Made by a program: the position numbers and the translations under genes. A stretch of 64,000 bases of DNA, taken from contig JAGCDZ010000102.1 of NCBI GenBank assembly GCA_017650905.1, positions 9,629 through 73,628 on the forward strand, read 5' to 3'. Position 1 is the stretch's first letter. Each line of letters begins with the position of its first letter. The notes beneath the pieces are model-generated. The model was not told where the DNA came from and searched no databases. It saw nothing but the letters and a program-made list of their open reading frames with translations. Origin of the DNA: Prevotella sp. Lineage in GTDB: Bacteria; Bacteroidota; Bacteroidia; Bacteroidales; Bacteroidaceae. Positions 19,908 to 29,161 of this stretch are shown in pieces.

Positions 19908-21113
19908 TTAGAAATCTCCATATTCTCCCGCCATAGCCTTGTTCTTCAGATAGGTCTCCACATCCTTGTCGCCTCTGCCACTGACTGTGAGCACCACAAC
20001 ATCATCCTTCTTAAAACTGAGCTTCTTCAGGGCTGCAATGGCGTGGGCCGACTCAATGGCAGGGATGATACCTTCCATACGGGTCAGTTCATAACCGCCA
20101 TAAATGGCTTCATCGTCATTGATGCTCAACACCTGCGTACGACCTTTCTTGGCCATGTTACAATGCATGGGACCCACACCGGGATAGTCCAGACCGGCAC
20201 TGATGGTGAAGGCCTCCTCAATCTGACCATCCTCGTCCTGCATTACTAGCATCTTGGCACCATGCAGGATGCCGACTGTTCCCTTGTGAATAGTTGCAGC
20301 GGTGTGGTTCGTCTCCCAACCATGACCTCCAGCTTCTGCCAAAACAATCTTCACACGCTCATCGTCCATATAATGATAGATGGTACCTGCGGCATTCGAA
20401 CCTCCGCCGATACAGGCGATGAGGTAGTCGGGATAATCACGGCCTTCTTTCTCTGCCAACTGCCATTTGATTTCCTCGGAGATGACGCTCTGCATTCTGG
20501 CTACCAGGTCGGGATAGGGGTGGGGACCCATTGTGGAACCCACGATGTAGAAGGTGTCCTGAGGATGGCAGCACCAGTCTCTGATGGCCTCACTGCAGGC
20601 ATCACTCAGCGTCATGTTACCCGTCCTTACAGGATGCACCTGGGCACCCAACATCTTCATGCGTTCTACATTGGTGTGTTGGCGCTCTACATCTGTTGCG
20701 CCCATAAATACTTCACACTTCAGGTTCATCAACGCACAGACTGTCGCAGTAGCCACACCATGTTGACCGGCACCAGTTTCTGCGATGATACGCGTCTTGC
20801 CCATCTGCTTAGCCAGCAGAATCTGACCGATGGTGTTGTTAATTTTGTGGGCACCGGTGTGGTTCAGGTCCTCACGCTTCAGATACAACTTACAGCCATA
20901 CTGCTCACTCATCCGCTGGGCAAAATACAAGGGAGAGGGACGACCCACATAGTCCTTCAGCAGGGCGTTGTACTCACGCTTGAAGGCATCTGACTCGATG
21001 ATTGGCAGATAGGCTTCCTGCAGGTCATGCACGCATTTGTAAAGAATCTCCGGTACATACGCACCGCCGAATTCTCCATAAAAACCATTTTCGTCTACTT
21101 GATAACTTTTCAT
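19908..21113 (-). CDS. trpB: Tryptophan synthase beta subunit
   Basis: KREDLNHTGAHKINN, AETGAGQHG, GGGSNA, SAGLDYPGVGP, SGRGDKD. Confidence 0.98.
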   Translation of the reverse strand: MKSYQVDENGFYGEFGGAYVPEILYKCVHDLQEAYLPIIESDAFKREYNALLKDYVGRPSPLYFAQRMSEQYGCKLYLKREDLNHTGAHKINNTIGQILLAKQMGKTRIIAETGAGQHGVATATVCALMNLKCEVFMGATDVERQHTNVERMKMLGAQVHPVRTGNMTLSDACSEAIRDWCCHPQDTFYIVGSTMGPHPYPDLVARMQSVISEEIKWQLAEKEGRDYPDYLIACIGGGSNAAGTIYHYMDDERVKIVLAEAGGHGWETNHTAATIHKGTVGILHGAKMLVMQDEDGQIEEAFTISAGLDYPGVGPMHCNMAKKGRTQVLSINDDEAIYGGYELTRMEGIIPAIESAHAIAALKKLSFKKDDVVVLTVSGRGDKDVETYLKNKAMAGEYGDF

Positions 21114-21149
21114 CTTTCTATATTTTTTTATTTGTGTTGTTGACGAACT

Positions 21150-21183
21150 AAAAAAGACTCACCGCTGTCGCGATGAGCCTTTT
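21150..21183 (-). terminator. trp attenuator terminator
   Basis: Minus strand AAAAGGCTCATCGC-GACA-GCGGTGAGTCTTTTTT: stem plus U-tract between the leader peptide and trpB. Confidence 0.85.
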
Positions 21184-21212
21184 ATATCTTCGTTGAATAA
21201 CAGATATGGCGA

Positions 21213-21278
21213 TTAGTCTCGCGACGTTTTTGATCTCGAGCACTGCCACCACCAAATGTTAAACAGACAATTCATCAT
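21213..21278 (-). CDS. trpL: trp operon leader peptide MMNCLFNIWWWQCSRSKTSRD
   Basis: 21-aa ORF with three tandem TGG codons upstream of the terminator; GTCGCGA in its 3' end is complementary to TCGCGAC in the terminator 5' arm (antiterminator). Confidence 0.9.
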   Translation of the reverse strand: MMNCLFNIWWWQCSRSKTSRD

Positions 21279-21300
21279 TCTTATTTGTTAAATCTGGGGG

Positions 21301-21332
21301 CAAAGGTATAGAGATTCTCCCAAACATGCAAA
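21301..21332 (-). promoter_or_regulatory. trp operon promoter (TTTG 21332-21329; TACCTTTG 21308-21301)
   Basis: Consensus boxes with a 20-bp spacer. Confidence 0.7.
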
Positions 21333-21457
21333 TTTTTGACGCGTTTTTTTTAGAAAAACATATAAAAAGTTGGTTTTTATCGACAAAAACATCGAAAAAA
21401 GTCACTTTTTTGCCAAAAAACTTGCAAGTTAGATAAATAAACCGTATATTTGCCACC

Positions 21458-21545
21458 GATAAGATTCTTATCAGCCATTTGCTGATTCACCTTATCTTTT
21501 TTATAGAGAGGTTGGTAGCGTCCTGCACCAACCTCCGTTTTTTTT
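21458..21545 (+). ncRNA. Candidate ~88-nt small RNA
   Basis: Own promoter (TTG 21422-21424, TATATTTG 21445-21452); 5' hairpin GATAAG..ATCAGC-CATTT-GCTGAT..CTTATC; plus-strand terminator GAGGTTGGT/ACCAACCTC + T8; no ATG-initiated ORF inside. Confidence 0.6.
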
Positions 21546-21571
21546 ACTATTCACTATCCGTTATTCACTGG

Positions 21572-22558
21572 TCACTGTATTTCCCAACCTATTGCAGATG
21601 CGCCAAGCACTGCAGCACTGGCGCCATCCAGGCCGCTTACCAGGAACTGCGCCTTGTTCTTGAAAATCTTCAGCACATGCTCGTTGTAAGCCTCGCGGAT
21701 GGGTTTCATGATCAGCTCTCCGGCTTTCACCATACCACCGAAGAAGATAAAGGCCTCAGGACTGCTGAAGGCTGCGAAGTCTGCACAAGCCTCTCCCAAC
21801 ATCTTACCGGTGAACTCGTAGATTTCCTTAGCCAGTTCATCGCCCTTACCTGCTGCGATGGAGACATCCAGACTGGTGATGTCCTCAGGATTCATCTCGC
21901 GCAACAGACTCGGACGGGTGGTCTTGGTCAGGAGCTCGCGGGCTGTACGGGCGACACCTGTGGCAGAGCAATAGGCCTCTAAACAACCGGTTCTGCCACA
22001 ACCGCAAAGACGGCCTTCTTCACCTCTGACCATGGTCACATGACCTAATTCTCCGGCAAAACCGTCATGACCATAAAGCAACTGTCCGTTCACCACGATA
22101 CCGGAACCAACACCAGTTCCCAATGTGATGACGATGAAGTTCTTCATGCCACGGGCTACACCATAGACCATCTCTCCGATGGCAGCAGCGTTGGCATCGT
22201 TGGTCAATGCTACGGGGATATTGTTCAGACGCTCACTGAACAGCTTGGCCAGGGGCACTACCTCATTGTGTGCCCAAGGTAGATTGGGGGCAAACTCAAT
22301 CGTACCACTATAATAATTGCCATTGGGGGCACCAATACCCATTGCCTTGATCTTCTCTATACCACCTACTTGGTCGATGATGACCTGCAGCGCCTCTACA
22401 CAGGCATCTACATAGTCTTCCACCTTCTCATAGCCACCGGTCTTGATGGCGGTAGTGGCCTTGATGTCACCACGGGAATCGACAATACCAAAAACGGAGT
22501 TCGTACCTCCCAGATCCAAACCGATTACATACGGCTTCATTACATTCTGTTGTTCCAT
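21572..22558 (-). CDS. ROK family sugar kinase (glucokinase)
   Basis: DLGGT, NDANAAA.GE, TLGTGVG, GELGH, CGCG..GCLE. Confidence 0.92.
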   Translation of the reverse strand: MEQQNVMKPYVIGLDLGGTNSVFGIVDSRGDIKATTAIKTGGYEKVEDYVDACVEALQVIIDQVGGIEKIKAMGIGAPNGNYYSGTIEFAPNLPWAHNEVVPLAKLFSERLNNIPVALTNDANAAAIGEMVYGVARGMKNFIVITLGTGVGSGIVVNGQLLYGHDGFAGELGHVTMVRGEEGRLCGCGRTGCLEAYCSATGVARTARELLTKTTRPSLLREMNPEDITSLDVSIAAGKGDELAKEIYEFTGKMLGEACADFAAFSSPEAFIFFGGMVKAGELIMKPIREAYNEHVLKIFKNKAQFLVSGLDGASAAVLGASAIGWEIQ

Positions 22559-22713
22559 TGTTGTTAATATTTAATTGAATTGTTTATTTAAGTGCAAAAT
22601 TACACATTTTTTTTAGACATAAGTACATAAGAACGTTTTTTTTTGTTTTTTTTGTTCTTTTGTCTAAAAAAAGTAGTAACTTTGCATACGCAAAGAAAAT
22701 ACAAAGGCTGAAT

Positions 22714-24792
22714 ATGAAAAGAAAACGCTGTCTCCCGTGGCTGATTCTCTTATCGATGTCATTGGTGCTTTTCTCCTGTCATGGGGAGATGAAGAGTGGC
22801 ATAAGGGCCAGTAGAGCCGATAGTATCCTGTTCGATGTGGGTGCTCGGATGGAATACGACAGTATGCTCTTCCTGGCCAACCAATACGAGGAACAAGGTC
22901 TCCTCTCCAAGCTTGACGCCAATCGCTGGCGGGGTGTGGCCTATTACCGACAGGGTCATTACCGTATGTCGGAGATTTACTATCGCAAGGCCCTTGAGTG
23001 TGAGGTGAAGACCGATGAGGACCAGCTGAGTTATAACAAATGTGCACGTAGACTTTCTGAGCTTCTGCTTGTCAAAGGCGATTATGAGGGCTCCCTGTTG
23101 GTGGCCATCCCTGCGGTCAAGAAAATGGATCAGTCGGGCATTGGCTCGGATATCGACTACGCCATCCTCCTGAATAACATCGGTTGTTGTCAGTTGAACC
23201 TTGGACAGGACGACGAGGCCAAAGAGAGTTTCCTGACCGCCCGTGAACACTATGCCAACCGTTGGCAGTCGGATTCCACAGGCCGTGGTTTCCATGAGGC
23301 GGTGTTGGGTACGGTCTATACCAGTATGGCTTATATTAATACGCGACGCTATGCAGAGTCCATCTATTGGATTGACCGTACAGAGATGTTGCTCGATAAG
23401 TATCGTCAGAAACGCGATGCCCGTAAAGAGTATTTCGACGAGTACCAGGGACGTATTGAGATCATGCGTGCAGTGGCCAAGCAGGGATTGGGCAAGACCG
23501 ACGAGGCTGCGGAGGCTTATCAGGCCTTCCTGAAGACTGATTACGCGAAGACGGGTCCTGGACATATCAATGCCAATGACTACCTTGTGATGGCCAAACG
23601 CTATCAGGAAGCTGCCGACAACTACCGTTATCTGGATGGGACGATGGAACACTGGGGCATGGAGGCCTCGCTCGATAATATCCAACTTTATATGCTCCCC
23701 AAGTTCTGGGCTAACAAGGAAGCAGGGCATAGGGATTCTGCCAGGGTCGTTGCGGAGAAGATCCTCACTGTGCTCGATTCTGCCATCACAGGTCAGAAAA
23801 ACAGTGCTACGGCGGAATTGGCCACTATTTATGACACCCAGGGCAAGGAACAGGAGATTCTTCAACAGCAGGCAGACCTCTCCCGACAGCGCATGTGGGC
23901 TACGGCAATTTCGCTTTTGTTGATCATCATGTTCCTGATTATCTATTCCTTCCATAAACGCAAGTCCACCCATCGTTTGCGTGCAGCTCACGAGAAACTG
24001 CAAGTGGCTTATGACCAACTGGAGGAGGCGACAGCCCATAGGGAGCGTATCGAGAGTGAACTGCGCATCGCCAGGGACATCCAGATGTCGATGGTGCCGA
24101 ATATCTTCCCCAATCGCGAAGGACTGGACATCTACGCGAAGATAGAACCTGCCAAAGAGGTGGGTGGCGATCTCTATGGCTATCTCCTCATGGGCGATGA
24201 GCTCTACTTCTGCTTAGGCGACGTGAGTGGTAAGGGTGTGCCGGCCTCTCTCTTCATGGCTCAGGCAACACGACTCTTCCGGACATTGGCTACACAGCAT
24301 ATGATGCCTGCCGAGATTGCCACGCGAATGAATGCCGCCCTCTCGGAAGACAATGAGCAGGGTATGTTTGTCACGATGTTCATTGGACGTATCGACCTGG
24401 CGAAGGGTTCGATGGATTTCTGTAATGCCGGTCATAACCCGCCCTTTATCAGTGATGCCGGTGGAGGCAGGTTCTTGGAAATGCTACCCAATGCACCCAT
24501 CGGACTCTGGCCAGGACTGGAGTATGATGGCGAGCGGATTGAGAATATCACCGGACAGATGCTGGTGGTCTATACCGATGGTCTCAATGAGGCGGAGAAT
24601 AGGCAACAGGAGCAGTTGGGTGATGATCGTCTGCTCGATATCCTGGAGACCATGCCTCGTTGCAGTGCCAAGGAGGTGATAGACATGCTCTATGAGGCAG
24701 TCCTGCAGCATCGTGATGGCGCAGAGCCGAATGATGACTTGACTATGATGAGTATTCGGGTCGATACGCGGAAAAAAGACTCGGAAAAATAG
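22714..24792 (+). CDS. Membrane sensor: lipoprotein-like N-terminus, TPR region, TM helix and SpoIIE/PP2C phosphatase
   Basis: LVLFSC; EVGGDLY, GDVSGKG, NAGH, YTDG and DDLT motifs; -7 box TAACTTTG at 22677-22684 supports ATG 22714. Confidence 0.88.
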   Translation: MKRKRCLPWLILLSMSLVLFSCHGEMKSGIRASRADSILFDVGARMEYDSMLFLANQYEEQGLLSKLDANRWRGVAYYRQGHYRMSEIYYRKALECEVKTDEDQLSYNKCARRLSELLLVKGDYEGSLLVAIPAVKKMDQSGIGSDIDYAILLNNIGCCQLNLGQDDEAKESFLTAREHYANRWQSDSTGRGFHEAVLGTVYTSMAYINTRRYAESIYWIDRTEMLLDKYRQKRDARKEYFDEYQGRIEIMRAVAKQGLGKTDEAAEAYQAFLKTDYAKTGPGHINANDYLVMAKRYQEAADNYRYLDGTMEHWGMEASLDNIQLYMLPKFWANKEAGHRDSARVVAEKILTVLDSAITGQKNSATAELATIYDTQGKEQEILQQQADLSRQRMWATAISLLLIIMFLIIYSFHKRKSTHRLRAAHEKLQVAYDQLEEATAHRERIESELRIARDIQMSMVPNIFPNREGLDIYAKIEPAKEVGGDLYGYLLMGDELYFCLGDVSGKGVPASLFMAQATRLFRTLATQHMMPAEIATRMNAALSEDNEQGMFVTMFIGRIDLAKGSMDFCNAGHNPPFISDAGGGRFLEMLPNAPIGLWPGLEYDGERIENITGQMLVVYTDGLNEAENRQQEQLGDDRLLDILETMPRCSAKEVIDMLYEAVLQHRDGAEPNDDLTMMSIRVDTRKKDSEK

Positions 24793-24828
24793 GTAGTCTC
24801 ATTTTTTTTATGTAACTTTGCAGCCGCA

Positions 24829-25491
24829 ATGCCGTTTCATGTGCCGATAAACATATTGGATTTCATCTTCAAGGGAATGATGATTGGTGTGATTGCCAGT
24901 GCCCCGATGGGTCCTGTCGGTATCCTCTGTGTCCAACGCACACTCAACAAAGGACGTTGGTATGGCTTTGCCACAGGCATTGGTGCGGCGGCCAGTGACA
25001 TTATCTATGCAGGCTTTGCCGGCTTCGGTATGTCGTTCGTCATGGATCTTATCAACAACGACCAGAATCGGTTCTATCTCCAGATAGCAGGTAGTATCAT
25101 GTTGCTCTGTTTCGGACTCTATACCTATCGTACTGATCCTACCAGGAAGATGCACCAGTCGGGACAACAGAAGGGTACAATATGGTATAATGCCTGGACA
25201 GCCTTCTTGGTCACCTTCTCCAATCCCCTTATTATCTTCCTCTTTCTGGCGACCTTCGCACAATTTGCGTTTGTGCTCCCCAACCATCCCTTTGAGATGC
25301 TCGTGGGCTTCGCCAGTATCGTAGGAGGGGCTTTGCTTTGGTGGTGGGGACTTACCTGGCTGGTCGATCAGATCCGCACGAAGTTTGATACCAATGGCAT
25401 CCGAATCATCAATCAGGTCATTGGCTGTGCTGTGGTCATCGGCTCCATCATCATGCTCCTCGGTACCACCACCAACTTGTTAAGGTTCTAA
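24829..25491 (+). CDS. LysE family translocator
   Basis: APMGP...G.ATG.G...D motif, NP motif, hydrophobic helices. Confidence 0.85.
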   Translation: MPFHVPINILDFIFKGMMIGVIASAPMGPVGILCVQRTLNKGRWYGFATGIGAAASDIIYAGFAGFGMSFVMDLINNDQNRFYLQIAGSIMLLCFGLYTYRTDPTRKMHQSGQQKGTIWYNAWTAFLVTFSNPLIIFLFLATFAQFAFVLPNHPFEMLVGFASIVGGALLWWWGLTWLVDQIRTKFDTNGIRIINQVIGCAVVIGSIIMLLGTTTNLLRF

Positions 25492-25527
25492 ATTAATTGT
25501 CCATTGTAAATTGTCAAATTGTAAATA

Positions 25528-26073
25528 GTGTTTATTTCTCAAGACTTACGAAAGAAGAATATTGCCGAGTACCTGCTTTATATGTGGCAGGTTGAGGATA
25601 CTATCAGGGCATTCGACTGCTCGCTTCGTTGCATTCGCGATGAGTGGGTGGCGTGCTTTGACTATACCGACGAACAGAAGGAAGAGGAACTCGACTGGTA
25701 TGGAAATCTCATCCGTATGATGAATCAGGAGGGCTGTCGTGAAAAGGGACACCTTCAGATCAACCAAGTGACGATGCAGATGCTCATCGAACTGCACAAC
25801 CAACTCCTTCAGTCAACCAAATTCCCCTTCTATACTGCAGAATATTACAAGGTACTCCCCTTTATCGTGGAACTGCGAAACCGTGGAGCGAACAAGGAGG
25901 AGAATGAGATTGAGACTTGTTTCAACTCTCTCTACGGCGTGATGCTCCTGCGCCTGCAGAAAAAAGCAATCTCTCCTGATACCCAACACGCTGTCAAGGA
26001 GATTACGACCTTCTTAGGTATGCTTTCTGACTATTATAAAAAGGATAAGGAAGAAGGACTTAAATTTGAGTAG
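25528..26073 (+). CDS. Conserved Bacteroidota protein (DUF4924-like)
   Basis: NIAEYLLYMWQVED, KGHLQIN, LYGVMLLRLQ; GTG start. Confidence 0.75.
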   Translation: MFISQDLRKKNIAEYLLYMWQVEDTIRAFDCSLRCIRDEWVACFDYTDEQKEEELDWYGNLIRMMNQEGCREKGHLQINQVTMQMLIELHNQLLQSTKFPFYTAEYYKVLPFIVELRNRGANKEENEIETCFNSLYGVMLLRLQKKAISPDTQHAVKEITTFLGMLSDYYKKDKEEGLKFE

Positions 26074-26082
26074 TGAATAGTT

Positions 26083-26931
26083 ATGAACATATTGATCACA
26101 GGTTGTAACGGCCAATTGGGAAATGAAATGCAGTTGCTGGAGGAAAGTCACCCCCAGCATACCTATTTTAATACGGATGTGCAGGAACTGGATATCACCG
26201 ATCAGGAGGCTATCGAGACCTTTATCGAGAACCATCAGATTGACGGCATTGTCAACTGCGCGGCTTATACAGCTGTCGACAAGGCTGAAGACAATGAAGA
26301 ACTCTGTACCCGACTGAATGCGGAGGCACCTGCTTACTTGGCTGCTGCCATTGGTAAACGTGGCGGATGGATGATACAGATCTCTACCGACTATGTGTTC
26401 GATGGCACTCAGCATACCCCTTATACGGAAGAGGCCGATACTTGTCCGAACAGTGTCTATGGCAAGACGAAACTGGTGGGTGAGTTCAATGTGCAGAAGT
26501 TCTGTGAGCAGTCGATGATTATCCGGACAGCCTGGCTCTACTCCACCTTTGGCAACAACTTCGTCAAGACAATGATTCGCTTGGGCAAGGAGAAACCGGA
26601 ACTGGGTGTCATCTTCGATCAGATAGGCACACCCACCTATGCCCGTGATCTGGCTGTAGCCATTTTTGCGGTCATCGAACAGGGTATTGTACCGGGCATC
26701 TATCATTTCTCAAACGAGGGTGTCATCTCCTGGTACGATTTCACCAAGGCCATTCATCGGATTGCAGGCATCACCACCTGTCATGTGCGACCTCTTCATA
26801 CCTCGGAGTATCCCACCCCTGCCAATCGACCCCATTACTCGGTTCTCGACAAGACGAAGATCAAACAGACTTATAACCTCGAGGTGCCCTATTGGGAAGA
26901 AAGCCTCGCTGAGTGTATTGCGAAATTATGA
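26083..26931 (+). CDS. rfbD: dTDP-4-dehydrorhamnose reductase
   Basis: [38 protein letters not shown]. Confidence 0.95.
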   Translation: MNILITGCNGQLGNEMQLLEESHPQHTYFNTDVQELDITDQEAIETFIENHQIDGIVNCAAYTAVDKAEDNEELCTRLNAEAPAYLAAAIGKRGGWMIQISTDYVFDGTQHTPYTEEADTCPNSVYGKTKLVGEFNVQKFCEQSMIIRTAWLYSTFGNNFVKTMIRLGKEKPELGVIFDQIGTPTYARDLAVAIFAVIEQGIVPGIYHFSNEGVISWYDFTKAIHRIAGITTCHVRPLHTSEYPTPANRPHYSVLDKTKIKQTYNLEVPYWEESLAECIAKL

Positions 26932-26977
26932 TAGAAGTTCCGAGCTTGCTCGCCTGAACACCTATAAAAAGAAAGAA

Positions 26978-28567
26978 ATGAGTGAAGAAATAAATAGAAG
27001 AAGAACATTCGCGATTATATCGCACCCTGATGCTGGTAAAACCACGCTGACGGAAAAGTTCCTCCTTTTTGGAGGACAGATCCAGGTGGCTGGTGCTGTT
27101 AAGAATAACAAGATTAAAAAGACCGCCACCTCCGACTGGATGGACATTGAGAAGCAACGTGGAATCTCGGTCTCCACCTCAGTGATGGAATTTGATTATA
27201 CGCCAGATGGTAAAGACGTCGAATACAAGGTCAATATCCTTGATACCCCGGGTCACCAGGACTTTGCCGAGGATACTTTCCGAACCCTGACGGCGGTCGA
27301 CTCTGCCATCATCGTGGTCGATGGTGCGAAGGGTGTGGAGACACAGACGCGTAAACTCATGACGGTCTGTCGTATGCGTAAGACGCCTGTCATCATCTTT
27401 ATTAATAAGATGGACCGTGAAGGTCGTGATCCCTTTGACCTCCTTGATGAACTCGAACAGGAACTCGAAATCAAGGTGCGTCCTTTGTCCTGGCCCATCA
27501 ACCAGGGTGCGAAGTTCAAGGGCGTGTATAACATCTACGAACAGAAACTCGATCTTTTTACGCCTGATAAACAGCGTGTGACCGATAAGGTGGAGATTGA
27601 TATCAACAGTACAGAACTTGATGAGCGTGTGGGTGAGGACAATGCTGCCAAACTGCGCGAGGACCTCGAATTGGTGGATGGCGTCTATCCTGAGTTTGAT
27701 GTGGAGACCTACCGTTCTGCAGAGGTGGCTCCTGTGTTCTTTGGTTCTGCTCTTAACAACTTTGGTGTGCAGGAGTTGCTGAATTGCTTCGTGGAGATAG
27801 CCCCCAGTCCTCGTCCTACCAAGGCAGAGGAACGCGAGGTGGAACCCGAGGAGAAGAAGTTCACGGGCTTTATCTTCAAGATCACCGCGAATATTGACCC
27901 GAATCATCGCTCTTGTATTGCTTTCTGCAAGGTGTGCAGTGGTAAGTTCCAGCGCAATCAGCCATATCTTCATGTCCGACAAGGTAAGACCATGCGTTTC
28001 ACTTCTCCTACGCAGTTTATGGCGCAGCGTAAGTCTACCATCGATGAGGCTTGGCCGGGTGATATCGTGGGACTTCCGGATACAGGTGGAATTTTTAAGA
28101 TAGGTGATACGCTTACGGAGGGTGAACAACTCCATTTCCGGGGATTGCCTTCTTTCTCGCCAGAACTCTTCAAATACATCGAGAACGACGACCCCATGCG
28201 TTCCAAGCAATTGCAGAAGGGTATCGACCAGTTGATGGACGAAGGTGTGGCACAGTTGTTTGTCAACCAGTTCAACAATAGGAAGATTGTCGGTACGGTA
28301 GGTCAGTTGCAGTTTGAGGTCATTCAGTATCGTCTGGAGAATGAATATAACGCGAAATGTCGTTGGGAACCAGTTCATCTCTATAAGGCTTGTTGGATTG
28401 AGAGTGATGATGACGCTGAGTTGGAGAATTTCAAGAAGCGTAAGTACCAGTACATGGCCAAGGATAAGGAGGGCCGCGATGTCTTCCTCGCTGATTCCGG
28501 TTACGTCCTCTCTATGGCGCAGGAAGACTTTAAGCATATCAAGTTCCACTTCACCAGTGAATTCTAA
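26978..28567 (+). CDS. prfC: Peptide chain release factor 3
   Basis: [29 protein letters not shown]; start at ATG 26978. Confidence 0.97.
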   Translation: MSEEINRRRTFAIISHPDAGKTTLTEKFLLFGGQIQVAGAVKNNKIKKTATSDWMDIEKQRGISVSTSVMEFDYTPDGKDVEYKVNILDTPGHQDFAEDTFRTLTAVDSAIIVVDGAKGVETQTRKLMTVCRMRKTPVIIFINKMDREGRDPFDLLDELEQELEIKVRPLSWPINQGAKFKGVYNIYEQKLDLFTPDKQRVTDKVEIDINSTELDERVGEDNAAKLREDLELVDGVYPEFDVETYRSAEVAPVFFGSALNNFGVQELLNCFVEIAPSPRPTKAEEREVEPEEKKFTGFIFKITANIDPNHRSCIAFCKVCSGKFQRNQPYLHVRQGKTMRFTSPTQFMAQRKSTIDEAWPGDIVGLPDTGGIFKIGDTLTEGEQLHFRGLPSFSPELFKYIENDDPMRSKQLQKGIDQLMDEGVAQLFVNQFNNRKIVGTVGQLQFEVIQYRLENEYNAKCRWEPVHLYKACWIESDDDAELENFKKRKYQYMAKDKEGRDVFLADSGYVLSMAQEDFKHIKFHFTSEF

Positions 28568-29148
28568 TGACAAGAGAAGAAGATATCAGAAAGGCGGTTG
28601 AGACGATGCGGAAGGGTGGGGTGATCCTCTATCCCACAGATACCGTCTGGGGCATTGGTTGTGATGCCACGAATGTAGAGGCTGTGAAACGCGTCTACGA
28701 GATCAAGCAGCGTGATGACTCCAAAGCCCTTATCTGCTTGGTCGACAGTGATGCCCGCCTCCAGCGTTATTTCCGCCAGGTCCCGGATGTTGCCTGGCAG
28801 CTCATCGACAGTCTGAAAGAGGTTGATGCCAAGCCTACGACCCTCATTCTTGATGGTGCTATCAACTTGGCAGAGAATCTGATTGCTGAGGATGGGAGTA
28901 TTGGCATCCGGATTACCAATGAGCCTTTCTCCAAAGAACTCTGCTATCGTTTTCAGAAGGCCATTGTCTCCACCTCTGCCAATATCAGTGGGGAACCTGC
29001 AGCGCAGAACTACTGCGATATCGATCCGCGTATCTTGGAAGCGGTCGATTATGTTTGTTGGTCTCGTCGTCAGGAGCATAAACCCCATACGCCCTCCAGT
29101 ATCATCAAACTGAAGGAAAACGGTGAAGTAACTATCATAAGGAAGTGA
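28567..29148 (+). CDS. Sua5/YciO/YrdC family (threonylcarbamoyl-AMP synthase-like)
   Basis: YPTDTVWGIGCD, K.R...K, STSANISG. Confidence 0.9.
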   Translation: MTREEDIRKAVETMRKGGVILYPTDTVWGIGCDATNVEAVKRVYEIKQRDDSKALICLVDSDARLQRYFRQVPDVAWQLIDSLKEVDAKPTTLILDGAINLAENLIAEDGSIGIRITNEPFSKELCYRFQKAIVSTSANISGEPAAQNYCDIDPRILEAVDYVCWSRRQEHKPHTPSSIIKLKENGEVTIIRK

Positions 29149-29161
29149 GAAGTGAATAGTG

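Noticed and set aside
14627-21113. trpB-E-G-D-C-F-A gene order
   Set aside because: Differs from E. coli but is the ordinary Bacteroidales arrangement.
26083-26931. rfbD as a displaced part of the polysaccharide locus
   Set aside because: It sits in a housekeeping run with prfC, which I recall as common in Bacteroidales; no sign of rearrangement.
19878-29161. Short degenerate intergenic repeats (TATCAAT-like at 19880-19905, AATTGT at 25495-25525, AGTGAATAGT at 26072 and 29151)
   Set aside because: Too short and low-complexity to support a function from this window alone.
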